Shown here in pieces: positions 35,917 through 44,392 of a stretch of 64,000 nucleotides of DNA. A model generated the notes under the pieces. It had not been told where the DNA came from. It saw nothing but the letters and a program-made list of their open reading frames with translations, and made no database searches. Position 1 is the first letter of the stretch. Each line of letters begins with the position of its first letter. Location: the IMG/VR virus record IMGVR_UViG_3300026233_000017, one strand, 5' to 3'. Both the position numbers and the translations under genes were made by a program. This DNA comes from a virus.

Positions 35917-36212
35917 GCTAGATCCTTGCGGGGGCTGGCCGTGGAAACGGCGCGGATGAGTTGGGCCAGGCAGTCCATGCGCTGCCAGGTGAAGCGGGGG
36001 GCGGTTGTGTACAGCTCGGCCTGCTGGCCCTTGAGCTGGCGCGCCAGCGTCATGGCGGCATGGCTGCTGCTGGCGGTGCTGTCTGGGTAGATGTGCCGGG
36101 CATGCACGGCCTGGCCGTCCTGCGTCTTGAGTTCGACCTCGAGCACCGGTCGGCCATCCGTGGTGGTGCGGCAGACACAGGCGGTGACCTGGCCTTGAAT
36201 GCGCAGCTCCAT
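35913..36212 (-). CDS. Hypothetical protein, possible SSB/PriB-like OB fold
   Basis: N-terminus 'LRIQGQV...RTTTDGRPVLEVEL' resembles SSB strands 1-2. Confidence 0.4.
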   Translation of the reverse strand: MELRIQGQVTACVCRTTTDGRPVLEVELKTQDGQAVHARHIYPDSTASSSHAAMTLARQLKGQQAELYTTAPRFTWQRMDCLAQLIRAVSTASPRKDLA

Positions 36213-36214
36213 GG

Positions 36215-36370
36215 TCAGCCTCCGGTGAACAGGTGGATTGCCGAGGCGATGAAAGGGCCTGCGATCAGAGCCGCAGCAATGGCTGCCAGGGCCTGCAGTT
36301 GACGGCGCACGATGCGTTGATGCCGGCGATTGGGGTGCGGCCCATCCAGTTCAATGTGCGGCTTGCTCAT
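36215..36370 (-). CDS. Small C-terminal-TM protein
   Basis: 51 aa. Confidence 0.5.
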   Translation of the reverse strand: MSKPHIELDGPHPNRRHQRIVRRQLQALAAIAAALIAGPFIASAIHLFTGG

Positions 36371-36501
36371 GGCTGCACCCGGATGGCTGATGCGCTGTGC
36401 GCGCGGTGGAAGCACTGCGCCAGGATGACGGCCAGGCCGCCGCTCAAGTAGGCGCCGGTGAACGTGCGGCCGGCGACGCGAACGCGGTAGATGTTCACCA
36501 T
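36367..36501 (-). CDS. Small hypothetical protein (not in ORF track)
   Basis: 44 aa MVNIYRVRVAGRTFTG...; ATGA overlap; fills an operon gap. Confidence 0.45.
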   Translation of the reverse strand: MVNIYRVRVAGRTFTGAYLSGGLAVILAQCFHRAHSASAIRVQP

Positions 36502-37352
36502 GGCCGCACCTCGGTCAGGTTGCCGTAGCAGTCCGGCACCATGTGGATGTTCTCGGACCTGTACAGCCGGCCATGAACAAAGGATGCCGCCGTCCCGATG
36601 TAGAAGGGGGCGCAGACACCTGCGTGGTATCGGTACACGACGAAGGCCTCCAGCTCATATGCCCCGAGGGCGTCGTATTCTTCGCGGACCTTGGCCTGGT
36701 AGCCTTTGGCGCAGTACTCGATCGTGATTGGCAGGGCACCGTGCGCAGGCAGGAGCGTTTTGCATTCCAGCGGGTGGGGCAGCTCGTAGGGCGGCTCGAC
36801 GCCGTTGTTCTCGTCGATGTCGGCCTGCAGCTCCTGCAGCGCATCGCTGGCCGGCCGGAAGATCGGTGGCAGATCGAACAGATCGCGCGTCTTGGGGAGC
36901 CGGTCCGGGTCTGCCAAGGCCTCCAGCTCGGCCAGGCTGAGCGTGGTCATTGCAACGCTGTCGTCGAAGAACGATTTGCCATCCCAGCGCGCCAGGGCGC
37001 CGCCATACACCCATTCGGCTGTGTGTGCGTAGGCCTCGCTCTCAAGCTTGGCGATTTCCGCTTCAGTGCCGTAGAAGAGGGTGGGGCGCTCAGAGCCGCA
37101 GCCGAAGAATAGGCTCTTGGGCATCACGCCACTTTCGCCGTGGCCCACGCTGAAGTAGTCGTCGGTCAGGTAGATGGGTGTGGCATAGGCTTCATCCATC
37201 AGCACGCCGTGTGCATGCCCGGGCTGGCTGATGCTGTGCGAGAGCGCGGCGAGGATCTGCGCGGCCTGTTCCATGCTGCTGACCTGTATGTCGGCCGGCC
37301 TCTCCTGGTGGTGGCCGCATTCCCACTCGGTGAAGTGCAGTGTGAGGTTCAT
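36495..37352 (-). CDS. Acidic hypothetical protein
   Basis: 285 aa from ATG at 37352, coupled to upstream stop. Confidence 0.6.
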   Translation of the reverse strand: MNLTLHFTEWECGHHQERPADIQVSSMEQAAQILAALSHSISQPGHAHGVLMDEAYATPIYLTDDYFSVGHGESGVMPKSLFFGCGSERPTLFYGTEAEIAKLESEAYAHTAEWVYGGALARWDGKSFFDDSVAMTTLSLAELEALADPDRLPKTRDLFDLPPIFRPASDALQELQADIDENNGVEPPYELPHPLECKTLLPAHGALPITIEYCAKGYQAKVREEYDALGAYELEAFVVYRYHAGVCAPFYIGTAASFVHGRLYRSENIHMVPDCYGNLTEVRPW

Positions 37353-37984
37353 GCTGCGCCTCCAGCGACCGCGTGCTCCAGCAGGAAGTCCTGGTCCAGT
37401 TGGTACTGCCTCAAGTACTCCCCGAAATCGACAGCGCCGCCACGGCCGCGCCAGTGAATCAGTTCGCGGAACAGCGCGGGCGAGCTGATGGCCGTTCGGG
37501 CTGTGTCGATAGCGAAATAACGCCGATCGTCTGTGCCGAGCGGGTTGGCATCGCTCGTCACGAAAACGAAATTCAGGCGATTGAGTTCCACGCGGGGGCT
37601 GCGGCCGTTCGCGTGGGTGCGCAAAGCGGGCTGGCTGATCAGGGCTTTGAGCTGGGCCCGCTGTTCCTCCAGTTTCGGGATCTCGTCGAGCCGCACCAGG
37701 CGCTTGCCCGACAGGAATCCATTGATGTGTGAGGTGAGAAGGTCCACGTGGCCCAGCGGCAGGTAGGCGGCGCCGTGGATCAGCGCCATGGCGTCCAGCA
37801 GCATGGCCGTGCCGTTCCCGCGCGGGCCGCGCAGCACCATGGCTTTGGTGAGCTTGCCGTCGGGGTGCTGCAGCGGGTAGGCAAGCCAGGACAGCAGCAG
37901 GCTGGCGGTGATGGGGTTGGGCTGGCCGCCGGGAGCGCTGGTGAGGTGCTCCACCAGGTTGAGCATGGGCTGGACGGTGCTCAT
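37349..37984 (-). CDS. Degenerate paralog of the phage SF3/DUF5906 helicase ATPase domain
   Basis: Aligns with 41725-43362 (VQPML.LV..LTS, WLAYPLQHP, LKALI, DRRY); Walker A is GNGT instead of GAGK. Confidence 0.85.
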   Translation of the reverse strand: MSTVQPMLNLVEHLTSAPGGQPNPITASLLLSWLAYPLQHPDGKLTKAMVLRGPRGNGTAMLLDAMALIHGAAYLPLGHVDLLTSHINGFLSGKRLVRLDEIPKLEEQRAQLKALISQPALRTHANGRSPRVELNRLNFVFVTSDANPLGTDDRRYFAIDTARTAISSPALFRELIHWRGRGGAVDFGEYLRQYQLDQDFLLEHAVAGGAA

Positions 37985-38223
37985 GCTGCACCTCGCAGGC
38001 CCAGCTCCTCGCGGATGCCGGCAACGCTGGTCGTCGCAATCTGGGTTGCGTCATGGGCGCGCGTGATGTCGATGGTGACGCGCACGACGTCGACCTGGCC
38101 GCGCAGCTTCTTCAGCAGCAGGCCGACATCGGTTTCTTGGTGGGGATCGTTCTCGAAGCCGGCGACGAACTGCTCGGCCTCTTGAAGCGCTTCATGGAGC
38201 GCGAGAAGGGGGGCAAGGGACAT
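37981..38223 (-). CDS. First gene of PL operon, hypothetical
   Basis: 80 aa, SD GGAGG. Confidence 0.65.
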   Translation of the reverse strand: MSLAPLLALHEALQEAEQFVAGFENDPHQETDVGLLLKKLRGQVDVVRVTIDITRAHDATQIATTSVAGIREELGLRGAA

Positions 38224-38257
38224 GGAACCTCCAGCGCCCGGAATGGGCGTGGAGGCG

Positions 38258-38332
38258 ATTATTTCCCCGGTGGGTAAAGTTGTCTATACCCTCTGGGGAA
38301 AGTTGTGGCTTTCTACTCAGCCCTTTGGGGAA
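38258..38332 (-). promoter_or_regulatory. PL promoter and OL operators
   Basis: TAGACA-17-AATAAT on minus strand; operator-like 15-mers at 38263, 38286, 38318. Confidence 0.75.
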
Positions 38333-38796
38333 GCTTTCTCAGCGTTCGCAGCCATCCTTACCGTTGCGTCGCTCAAGTCCGCCAGCATCAGACTCATCTC
38401 TTTCCCCACTCTGGCAAAGATGAACACCAACAAGCCACCAGCGATGCCTCCGATCGCGGCAGGAAATCCGGCCCGCATGGAAAGCGACAACCCGCCGAGC
38501 AGGATCAGGACTGCGAGAACGACGCCGCACCAGTAGAGCAGGTTGGCTACGGCCCTGAACGTGGGATAGATGCTCGCCGCGCGCAGGGTGTCCACAAACT
38601 CTGCTGGGTCTACGTCGGTGCCATCACCCGCTGTTTGTTGACGGATGGGGGCTACAGGCACGGCACGCCGTGGGGCCTGGGTCTGCGCAACCGCTTCCAC
38701 CTTGCTGTAGATGGCGCCGCAGTGAGGGCATGCCAGGGTGGTTGATGGATCGATAGAAGCGGTCTGGCCGCACTTTAGACATTGCTTTGAGATCAC
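38317..38796 (-). CDS. Zn-ribbon plus two-TM membrane protein downstream of cI
   Basis: CxxC...CPHC at N-terminus, two TM helices; SD GGAGGAGG. Confidence 0.75.
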   Translation of the reverse strand: MISKQCLKCGQTASIDPSTTLACPHCGAIYSKVEAVAQTQAPRRAVPVAPIRQQTAGDGTDVDPAEFVDTLRAASIYPTFRAVANLLYWCGVVLAVLILLGGLSLSMRAGFPAAIGGIAGGLLVFIFARVGKEMSLMLADLSDATVRMAANAEKASPKG

Positions 38797-38856
38797 CTGA
38801 CAACCTCCTCCCGGTTCCGTTGTTTGAAGATATAGATCCTGGCTGAAGCGCGCTTT

Positions 38857-39276
38857 TCAGGCTGCGCTTCTATGGCTTTTTGTGAGGGCGTCTGCCTCCC
38901 GTGTCTCCACTACAGCTTGCACGGTAGCGTTGAGTCGTATCCAGTCTTCCCGCGTAAGCGCGTCAAGCCTGGCTCGGGCGATTGTGAAAGGCCAATCAAC
39001 TGGTGCGGATTGCGCGGGCTCCTGCTCGCGTTTGTGCACGTTGTCCATCCATCCGACCTCGAGCTGCAGCTTGTCCTCCATCTCCCGCGCCATGGGGCTG
39101 CCCATGTTGTAAGGCTTGCCTCCCCGGTCGTGCCTTACGTTGGCGTTGAGTATTCGGGTGAGCGTGGCGGTCTCGTTCCGGGCATAGCCCAGCTTCTCGC
39201 AAAGGTTCGCCATCCCGGCGTGCTGGTCGACCAGCACTTGCAGGTTGGCGCGCCTAATTTCTTCAACAGTTCGCAT
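38857..39276 (-). CDS. cI: Immunity repressor (CI-like HTH, no S24 domain)
   Basis: 'EEIRRANLQVLVDQHAG..LCEKLG....LTRIL...MGSPMAREMEDKL..GWMD'; divergent from cro. Confidence 0.8.
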   Translation of the reverse strand: MRTVEEIRRANLQVLVDQHAGMANLCEKLGYARNETATLTRILNANVRHDRGGKPYNMGSPMAREMEDKLQLEVGWMDNVHKREQEPAQSAPVDWPFTIARARLDALTREDWIRLNATVQAVVETREADALTKSHRSAA

Positions 39277-39289
39277 CCGGGCGATTCCA

Positions 39290-39357
39290 CTGTCCACGGG
39301 GGAAAAAGAAAATTCCCCAATGGGTCTTGCGTTACTTTCCCCATTGGGGAATAAAAT
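39290..39357 (+). promoter_or_regulatory. OR operators and PR promoter
   Basis: Perfect TTCCCCA-T-TGGGGAA at 39337-39351, variants at 39313 and 39290; TTGCGT...TAAAAT. Confidence 0.75.
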
Positions 39358-39364
39358 GCGCGCC

Positions 39365-39637
39365 ATGGACCTACTCAAATCTTGGTTGACCGGCGGGAGA
39401 GGGCGTTGCGCCGGGTTGGCGCGCCACCTCAACGTCTCGCCCTCGTTCGTGAACAAGATGGCGAACGGCGAGCGGCCCATCCCTGCCGAGCACGGGGCTG
39501 ACATTGAGAAATTCACCTTGGGTGCGGTCTCCCGCCCAGCGATGTTCCCTGTGCGGTGGAAACGGATCTGGCCCGAGATGTTGGATGCTGCGACGCAGGG
39601 CGCGGCCGCTCTTGACGTCGGGGATGGCAATGCATAG
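39365..39637 (+). CDS. cro: Cro/YdaS-family regulator
   Basis: 'LARHLNVSPSFVNKMANGERPIPAEH..IEKFT.GAVSR..MFP..W..IW'. Confidence 0.85.
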   Translation: MDLLKSWLTGGRGRCAGLARHLNVSPSFVNKMANGERPIPAEHGADIEKFTLGAVSRPAMFPVRWKRIWPEMLDAATQGAAALDVGDGNA

Positions 39638-39851
39638 GCCCATCACCCGCCGCAACATGTTGGTTGCTGTACTTGCGATGTCGTGGGTCAGGACAGCCAG
39701 GCCGACCCACGCACGTGCGCCCATCTTCCCGGCTCTCGCCAGCGACGTCGCTGCGTTGGACGCCGTCAGGCTCTCCGATCGCTGGATCGATTGGCGCGCT
39801 ACGCGCCCGACCCACTCACTGCCGCCCCGTGCAGCCCGGTCAGCAGAGTAG
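39630..39851 (+). CDS. Possible small ORF after cro
   Basis: 73 aa overlapping cro stop; conflicts with the antisense gene. Confidence 0.25.
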   Translation: MHRPITRRNMLVAVLAMSWVRTARPTHARAPIFPALASDVAALDAVRLSDRWIDWRATRPTHSLPPRAARSAE

Positions 39852-40035
39852 CCGTGGCCACATCTCCTTCTTTTTCCGCTGCCGCGCCGAAGGTGGCAAG
39901 CGCTTCCGCGAAGCGCCGCTGCTCGGCCGCCGGCAAGTGCTGCACGGCCAGCATGGTCAGCGCGCCCAGCGCCGCCTCGATGGCGTCGATGCGCTGCAGG
40001 GCCTCCTCGAGGCGCAGTGGTGTGTTGGCCGGCAT
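39799..40035 (-). CDS. Antisense helical protein between cro and CII-like gene
   Basis: 78 aa, SD AAAGGA, phage-like codon usage. Confidence 0.6.
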   Translation of the reverse strand: MPANTPLRLEEALQRIDAIEAALGALTMLAVQHLPAAEQRRFAEALATFGAAAEKEGDVATATLLTGLHGAAVSGSGA

Positions 40036-40136
40036 GGGTGTGTCCTTTCTTGGTTTCGTGGTTGCCAGGGGCGTGTTCCGCCCCGGGCGCATTTTCCGCC
40101 CGGCGCCCGTCATGGGCCTGGGCGGCTTTTTCTTGC

Positions 40137-40180
40137 GAGGTTTCGGTGCATGGGTTCATGCACCGAAGTCTCTTTTTTTT
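40137..40180 (+). terminator. tR1-like terminator
   Basis: 11-bp perfect stem (16 with wobbles) then T8. Confidence 0.7.
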
Positions 40181-40194
40181 GCCTCGTCGAGGCA

Positions 40195-40231
40195 TTCCGA
40201 ACGGTTCCGAAAGATTCGGAACCGTTCGGAA
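40195..40231. repeat. 17-bp perfect inverted repeat
   Basis: TTCCGAACGGTTCCGAA-aga-TTCGGAACCGTTCGGAA. Confidence 0.9.
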
Positions 40232-40272
40232 CGGGGCCGGAAACCGGCCGGATCACAGTAGAGAGGTGACCC

Positions 40273-40662
40273 ATGGATGACGATGAAATCCTGATGTATG
40301 ACGATGAGTTAGACGCGGCCAAGGCGGCCGTGCAGCGCCTGGGCGGCGCCAAGAAGGTGGGCGAGATGCTCTACCCGGAGAAGACGCCCGAGGCCGCCGC
40401 GCGATACCTGCTGGATGCGCTCAACCCCTCGCGTTCCGAGCGGCTGAACCCGGGCCAGGTGCTGTTACTGATGCGCAAGGCGCGCGAGATCGGCTTCCAC
40501 GGCCTGGCGGCTTTCTATATGCGTGGCGCTGGATATGCCCCTCCAGTGCCGCTGGACCCTGTCACCGAGACAGCGCGCATGGCGCACGCACTGGAGCGTG
40601 TCATGGGTACAGCGCTGCAGATCGCAGCTCAGCTCCGGCAGATGAACGGGGGCAAAGACTGA
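40273..40662 (+). CDS. CII-like regulatory protein
   Basis: 'GGAKKVGEMLYP...LLDALNP...ERLNPGQVLLLM'; position after cro. Confidence 0.65.
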   Translation: MDDDEILMYDDELDAAKAAVQRLGGAKKVGEMLYPEKTPEAAARYLLDALNPSRSERLNPGQVLLLMRKAREIGFHGLAAFYMRGAGYAPPVPLDPVTETARMAHALERVMGTALQIAAQLRQMNGGKD

Positions 40663-41732
40663 TGGACAACTATCAGGACGTCCTGCACCAGATGGAGCAG
40701 TTCGGTATCGAGCTGCGCGATCGGGACCGCAGTGTCATGCCAGACCGCATCCGGGCCGGCCGCAAGACGACTTGCGGCGCCGGTGGCAAGGACTGGTTCA
40801 AGATGTACTTGTTCCGGCCCGATGCCGGCGGAGAGTATGTGGTTGGCGCCTTTGGCACCTACCGCCGGGGCGGCGACTGGCAAAAGGTCGAGGTGGATTG
40901 GGCGCCGCTGTCCGAGGCCGAGCGCGCTCGCCAGGCGGCCCACCGCAAGGCGCTTGCCGAGGCCGCAGCCACTGAGCGTGCCCAGGAGATCGCCAACGCT
41001 GCTGCCGAGGCCATCGATATCTGGCGCAAGGGTGTGCGCGTGGGCACGACGCCCTATCTGGATCGCAAGCAGGTGCAGGGCGAGGCCTTCCGCGCGCTCG
41101 ATCGCCAACTGTCCCTGCGCTGGCCTTCCCGCAAGCACGGGGAGGAAGATGTGGTGGTGCGCCTGCCCGCAGGCACCACGCTGCTGCCCCTGGTGCGGCC
41201 GGATCTGCCACGCGACCAGGCGCTGCGCGGCCTGCAGTTCATCCGCCCCGATGGCGTGAAGATCTACCTACGGGCCTTCGACAAGCCGGGCTGCTGCATC
41301 CGGCTCGGCGATATCGACGGCACTAGCACTGCGCTGCTGATGGTGGTAGAGGGCTATGCCACGGGCCTGACAGCCCGCATGGCGGTCGACCGCGAGCACC
41401 CTGTGTTCGTGGCCCTGGACGCGGGCAACCTGGCCGAAGTGGTGCGCGTGCTTCGCGGCCTGTACCCGTCCACACGCATCCTGATCCTGGCCGATGACGA
41501 CTACATGACCCGGGACAAGCGCACGGGCGCGCTGATCAACCCGGGCCGCACGGCCGCTGCCCGCGCCGCCAAGGCCACGGACGGTTGCGACCTGGTCTGG
41601 CCCATCTTCAAGGCCTCGACACGGGGGCCGAAGGATACCGACTTCAACGATCTGCACGTCCTCGAGGGCCTGGACGTGGTGCGCCGGCAACTGGTGGGCG
41701 TGGTCGAGGCGATGGCGAGGCGGTATGGCTGA
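40662..41732 (+). CDS. TOPRIM-domain DNA primase
   Basis: 'YLDRK', 'GLQFI', 'VVEGYATG', 'VALDAGNL', 'LADDD', 'DFNDLH'. Confidence 0.88.
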   Translation: MDNYQDVLHQMEQFGIELRDRDRSVMPDRIRAGRKTTCGAGGKDWFKMYLFRPDAGGEYVVGAFGTYRRGGDWQKVEVDWAPLSEAERARQAAHRKALAEAAATERAQEIANAAAEAIDIWRKGVRVGTTPYLDRKQVQGEAFRALDRQLSLRWPSRKHGEEDVVVRLPAGTTLLPLVRPDLPRDQALRGLQFIRPDGVKIYLRAFDKPGCCIRLGDIDGTSTALLMVVEGYATGLTARMAVDREHPVFVALDAGNLAEVVRVLRGLYPSTRILILADDDYMTRDKRTGALINPGRTAAARAAKATDGCDLVWPIFKASTRGPKDTDFNDLHVLEGLDVVRRQLVGVVEAMARRYG

Positions 41733-43362
41733 GCACACCGACGACATCAACGCGGGCGGGGCCTCGTTTCCGCCACTGCCGCCACCGCATGCGACCGAAG
41801 AGTCGCATGCTTCGTCGGCTCTCGGCGCGCCAGCGCCGCTGGATAACTCTGTCGTGCACGTCGACTTTCAGGCGGGCGTGCGCGTGCCGGGCGAGGCGCA
41901 GGCCGAGCCATCTTCTTCGCGCCCCCGCCCCCCCAAAGTAAGCGCAGCTGCGCGCGACTCTGGGGATGGGGGTGGCAAGGCCGATCCGCCGGTGCAGGGC
42001 AAGAAAAAAGAGAAGACGGTCGATTGGGGGAAGTTCAACCACCTGGCCGAGAACTTCGTGCTGATCTACGGTACCGACACCGTCTGGGATGGTGCTGAGC
42101 GGTTGATCATGAAGATCGCCAACATGGGCCACGCCCATGGCGCCGACATGGTCCGCATGTGGAAGGCCAGCGAGAAGCGCAAGACGGTGCGGCTGGAGGA
42201 CGTGGTGTTTGACCCGACCCTCAAGGTCGATCCGGCCAACAGCGTGAATCTCTACGACGGTATGGCGATGGTGCCAAAAGAGGGTGACGTCCAGCCCATG
42301 CTTGAGCTGGTCTCGTTTCTGACAAGCCGCGCCACTTCTGATGAAGCCGATACGGGCGACATCATGCACTGGCTGTTGTGCTGGTTGGCCTATCCACTCC
42401 AGCACCCTGGCGCCAAGCTGCGCACGGCCGTGGTCATGCATGGCGATGAAGGTGCCGGCAAGAACTTCCTGTTTGACATCATGGTCGCGCTGTACGGCAA
42501 GTACGGCGCGCTGGTTGGCCAGGATGAACTGGAGGACAAGCACAACGATTGGCGCAGCTGCAAGCTGTTCGTGGTGGGCGACGAAGTGTCCAGCCGGGCC
42601 GAGCTGGTCCACAACAAGAACCGGCTCAAGGCGTTGATCACATCGCCCACGGTGCAGATCAACCCAAAGCACCTGACCCGGCGCGAAGAGAAGAACCACA
42701 TGAACATCGTGTTTCTCTCGAACGAGCTGCAGCCGCTGGCCCTGGACAACTCGGACCGGCGCTACCTGGTCGTCTACACGCCCAGGGCGAAGGACTTCGA
42801 GTATTACAAGGCGCTCGGCGAATGGCGAGACAACGGCGGTATCGAGGCCTTCTACCACTACCTGCTGAACTACCCGCTGGGCGACTTCCATGCGTATGCC
42901 CCGGCCCCCATGACTGACGCCAAGTCGGCACTGATTGCCATCAACCGCAAGAGCCCTGAGCTGTTCTGGTCGGAATGGCAGGCGGGTGAGCTGGATCTGC
43001 CGTATCACTCCTGCGCCGTCACCCAGGCTTATGCCGCCTACCTGAAGTGGTGCCAGCGGACTGGAGACCGCTACCCCTTCCCCCAGAAGGCGTTCACGCC
43101 CACCGTGATTCGGTTTGCGGAGGGGCAGGGCCAGCCAATGCGCTCGAAGCCCATGAACGTTGTGCGGCCTGGTCAAGCCAAGAAGACCGAGCGCATGTTG
43201 TTGGTGACGGAGCCGATTCTGGGCGAGGGCGAGCAGCGCATGACTGAAGGCGATTGGGCCACCTCGGCCGTTCGTGAGTTTGCGGATGCGCTGCGCAAGT
43301 ACGCGGGGTATGGCAGCGGCTCCCCGGCCCCTCAAGGGCAAGAGCCAGAGGTAGGTCAGTGA
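41725..43362 (+). CDS. SF3/D5-like (DUF5906) replicative helicase
   Basis: Walker A GDEGAGKN, Walker B VVGDE, motif C FLSN, DRRY. Confidence 0.88.
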   Translation: MAEHTDDINAGGASFPPLPPPHATEESHASSALGAPAPLDNSVVHVDFQAGVRVPGEAQAEPSSSRPRPPKVSAAARDSGDGGGKADPPVQGKKKEKTVDWGKFNHLAENFVLIYGTDTVWDGAERLIMKIANMGHAHGADMVRMWKASEKRKTVRLEDVVFDPTLKVDPANSVNLYDGMAMVPKEGDVQPMLELVSFLTSRATSDEADTGDIMHWLLCWLAYPLQHPGAKLRTAVVMHGDEGAGKNFLFDIMVALYGKYGALVGQDELEDKHNDWRSCKLFVVGDEVSSRAELVHNKNRLKALITSPTVQINPKHLTRREEKNHMNIVFLSNELQPLALDNSDRRYLVVYTPRAKDFEYYKALGEWRDNGGIEAFYHYLLNYPLGDFHAYAPAPMTDAKSALIAINRKSPELFWSEWQAGELDLPYHSCAVTQAYAAYLKWCQRTGDRYPFPQKAFTPTVIRFAEGQGQPMRSKPMNVVRPGQAKKTERMLLVTEPILGEGEQRMTEGDWATSAVREFADALRKYAGYGSGSPAPQGQEPEVGQ

Positions 43363-43602
43363 TGCGGGCGAGTTACTCCATTACGAAGGTGCGTAACGCT
43401 GGAATCCAGCACTGGCGCGGGTTGTTACGTGATTACGCAGTTACCGATTGCGCACACATGCATGCATGTGTGGGCGAGTGCGGGCGCATGCATGGGTGTG
43501 CGTGCATGTGTGTGCACGACATGCGTAACCACGTAAATGCGTAACTCGCTAGGCGTGGCGCGGGTTTCGTGTTTACGCGCGCTCGTAACCGCGTAATCAC
43601 TT
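43359..43602. other. Putative origin (copy 2)
   Basis: Repeat of 107-350. Confidence 0.55.
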
Positions 43603-43816
43603 CTTTGTTTTTGAGAAGAGAGGAAGAAGAAATGGATAGGCAGGATCTGGCGACGGCAGGCGGCGCGGCGACCCCGGCCCTCCCCATCGGGTATACCCCA
43701 CCCCCCGGCATAGGTACTCCCGGCGCATGGAATCACGGGGGTAATTCGGCCCCCGCGCGAGCGCTAGTGGCTGGTCTGGGGAAAAGTGAACGAAGTGGTG
43801 AACGCTGGGGGTCGAA

Positions 43817-44392
43817 GTGAACGGGCGCGTCGAGCTGGTCACGCAGGCCGAGTACGCGCGGCGCCGGGGCGTGGCGAAGTCCGCCGTGGCGAAGGCCGTG
43901 AAGGAAAAGCGCATCACTCTCATCGACGGGAAGATCGACCCCGCCGTAGCCGACATCCAGTGGCAGCAGAACACGCGTGCCAGGGCCGACAGCGGGCGCG
44001 CTGGCGCGTCGCTGCCGATAGAGCAGGGGGGCGGGCAGGGTGCGTCAGAAAGCGCGCCACAAGCCCAGGATTCCCAGCCCGTGGCGCCCGGCGATGACTA
44101 CCAGAGCCTGCGCGTGCGCCGGGAACGGGCGTCGGTGGAACGCGAGGAGCGGGAGAACGCCCGCGAGGCCAAGCTGCTGGTGTCCCGCGAGGCGGCCTGG
44201 CGCGGCGTGTTTGACGCCTTCCGCGCCCTGCGCGATGAGGCCATGGGCGTGCCCCAGCGTGCCGCGCCGCAGCTGGTGGGCCTGGCGGACTCGCGCGAGA
44301 TCGAACGCATCATCCACGACGAGCTGCGCAAGGCCTTCGGCGCGGCCGAACGCCGCCTGCAGGGCGTCCTGCCAGAGGAGACCGACCAGTGA
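43817..44392 (+). CDS. terS: Terminase small subunit (copy 2)
   Basis: Repeat of 565-1140. Confidence 0.8.
   Translation: MNGRVELVTQAEYARRRGVAKSAVAKAVKEKRITLIDGKIDPAVADIQWQQNTRARADSGRAGASLPIEQGGGQGASESAPQAQDSQPVAPGDDYQSLRVRRERASVEREERENAREAKLLVSREAAWRGVFDAFRALRDEAMGVPQRAAPQLVGLADSREIERIIHDELRKAFGAAERRLQGVLPEETDQ

Larger units (their letters stand above)
1..43252. mobile_element. Complete temperate siphovirus genome unit (lambda-like head, tyrosine integrase, tRNA-Cys attP)
   Basis: All modules present (packaging, head, tail, lysis, integration, immunity, replication); sequence wraps at 43253 back to position 1. Confidence 0.95.

Noticed and set aside
39630-39851. Tat-like signal (TRRNML) in the ORF after cro
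   Set aside because: Imperfect consensus, very short mature part, overlaps a better-supported antisense gene; kept only as a low-confidence CDS.
1-43252. IS elements, introns, inteins, toxin-antitoxin pairs, known defence systems
   Set aside because: No transposase, homing endonuclease, intein or recognisable toxin or defence motifs seen; terL, helicase and capsid genes are uninterrupted.
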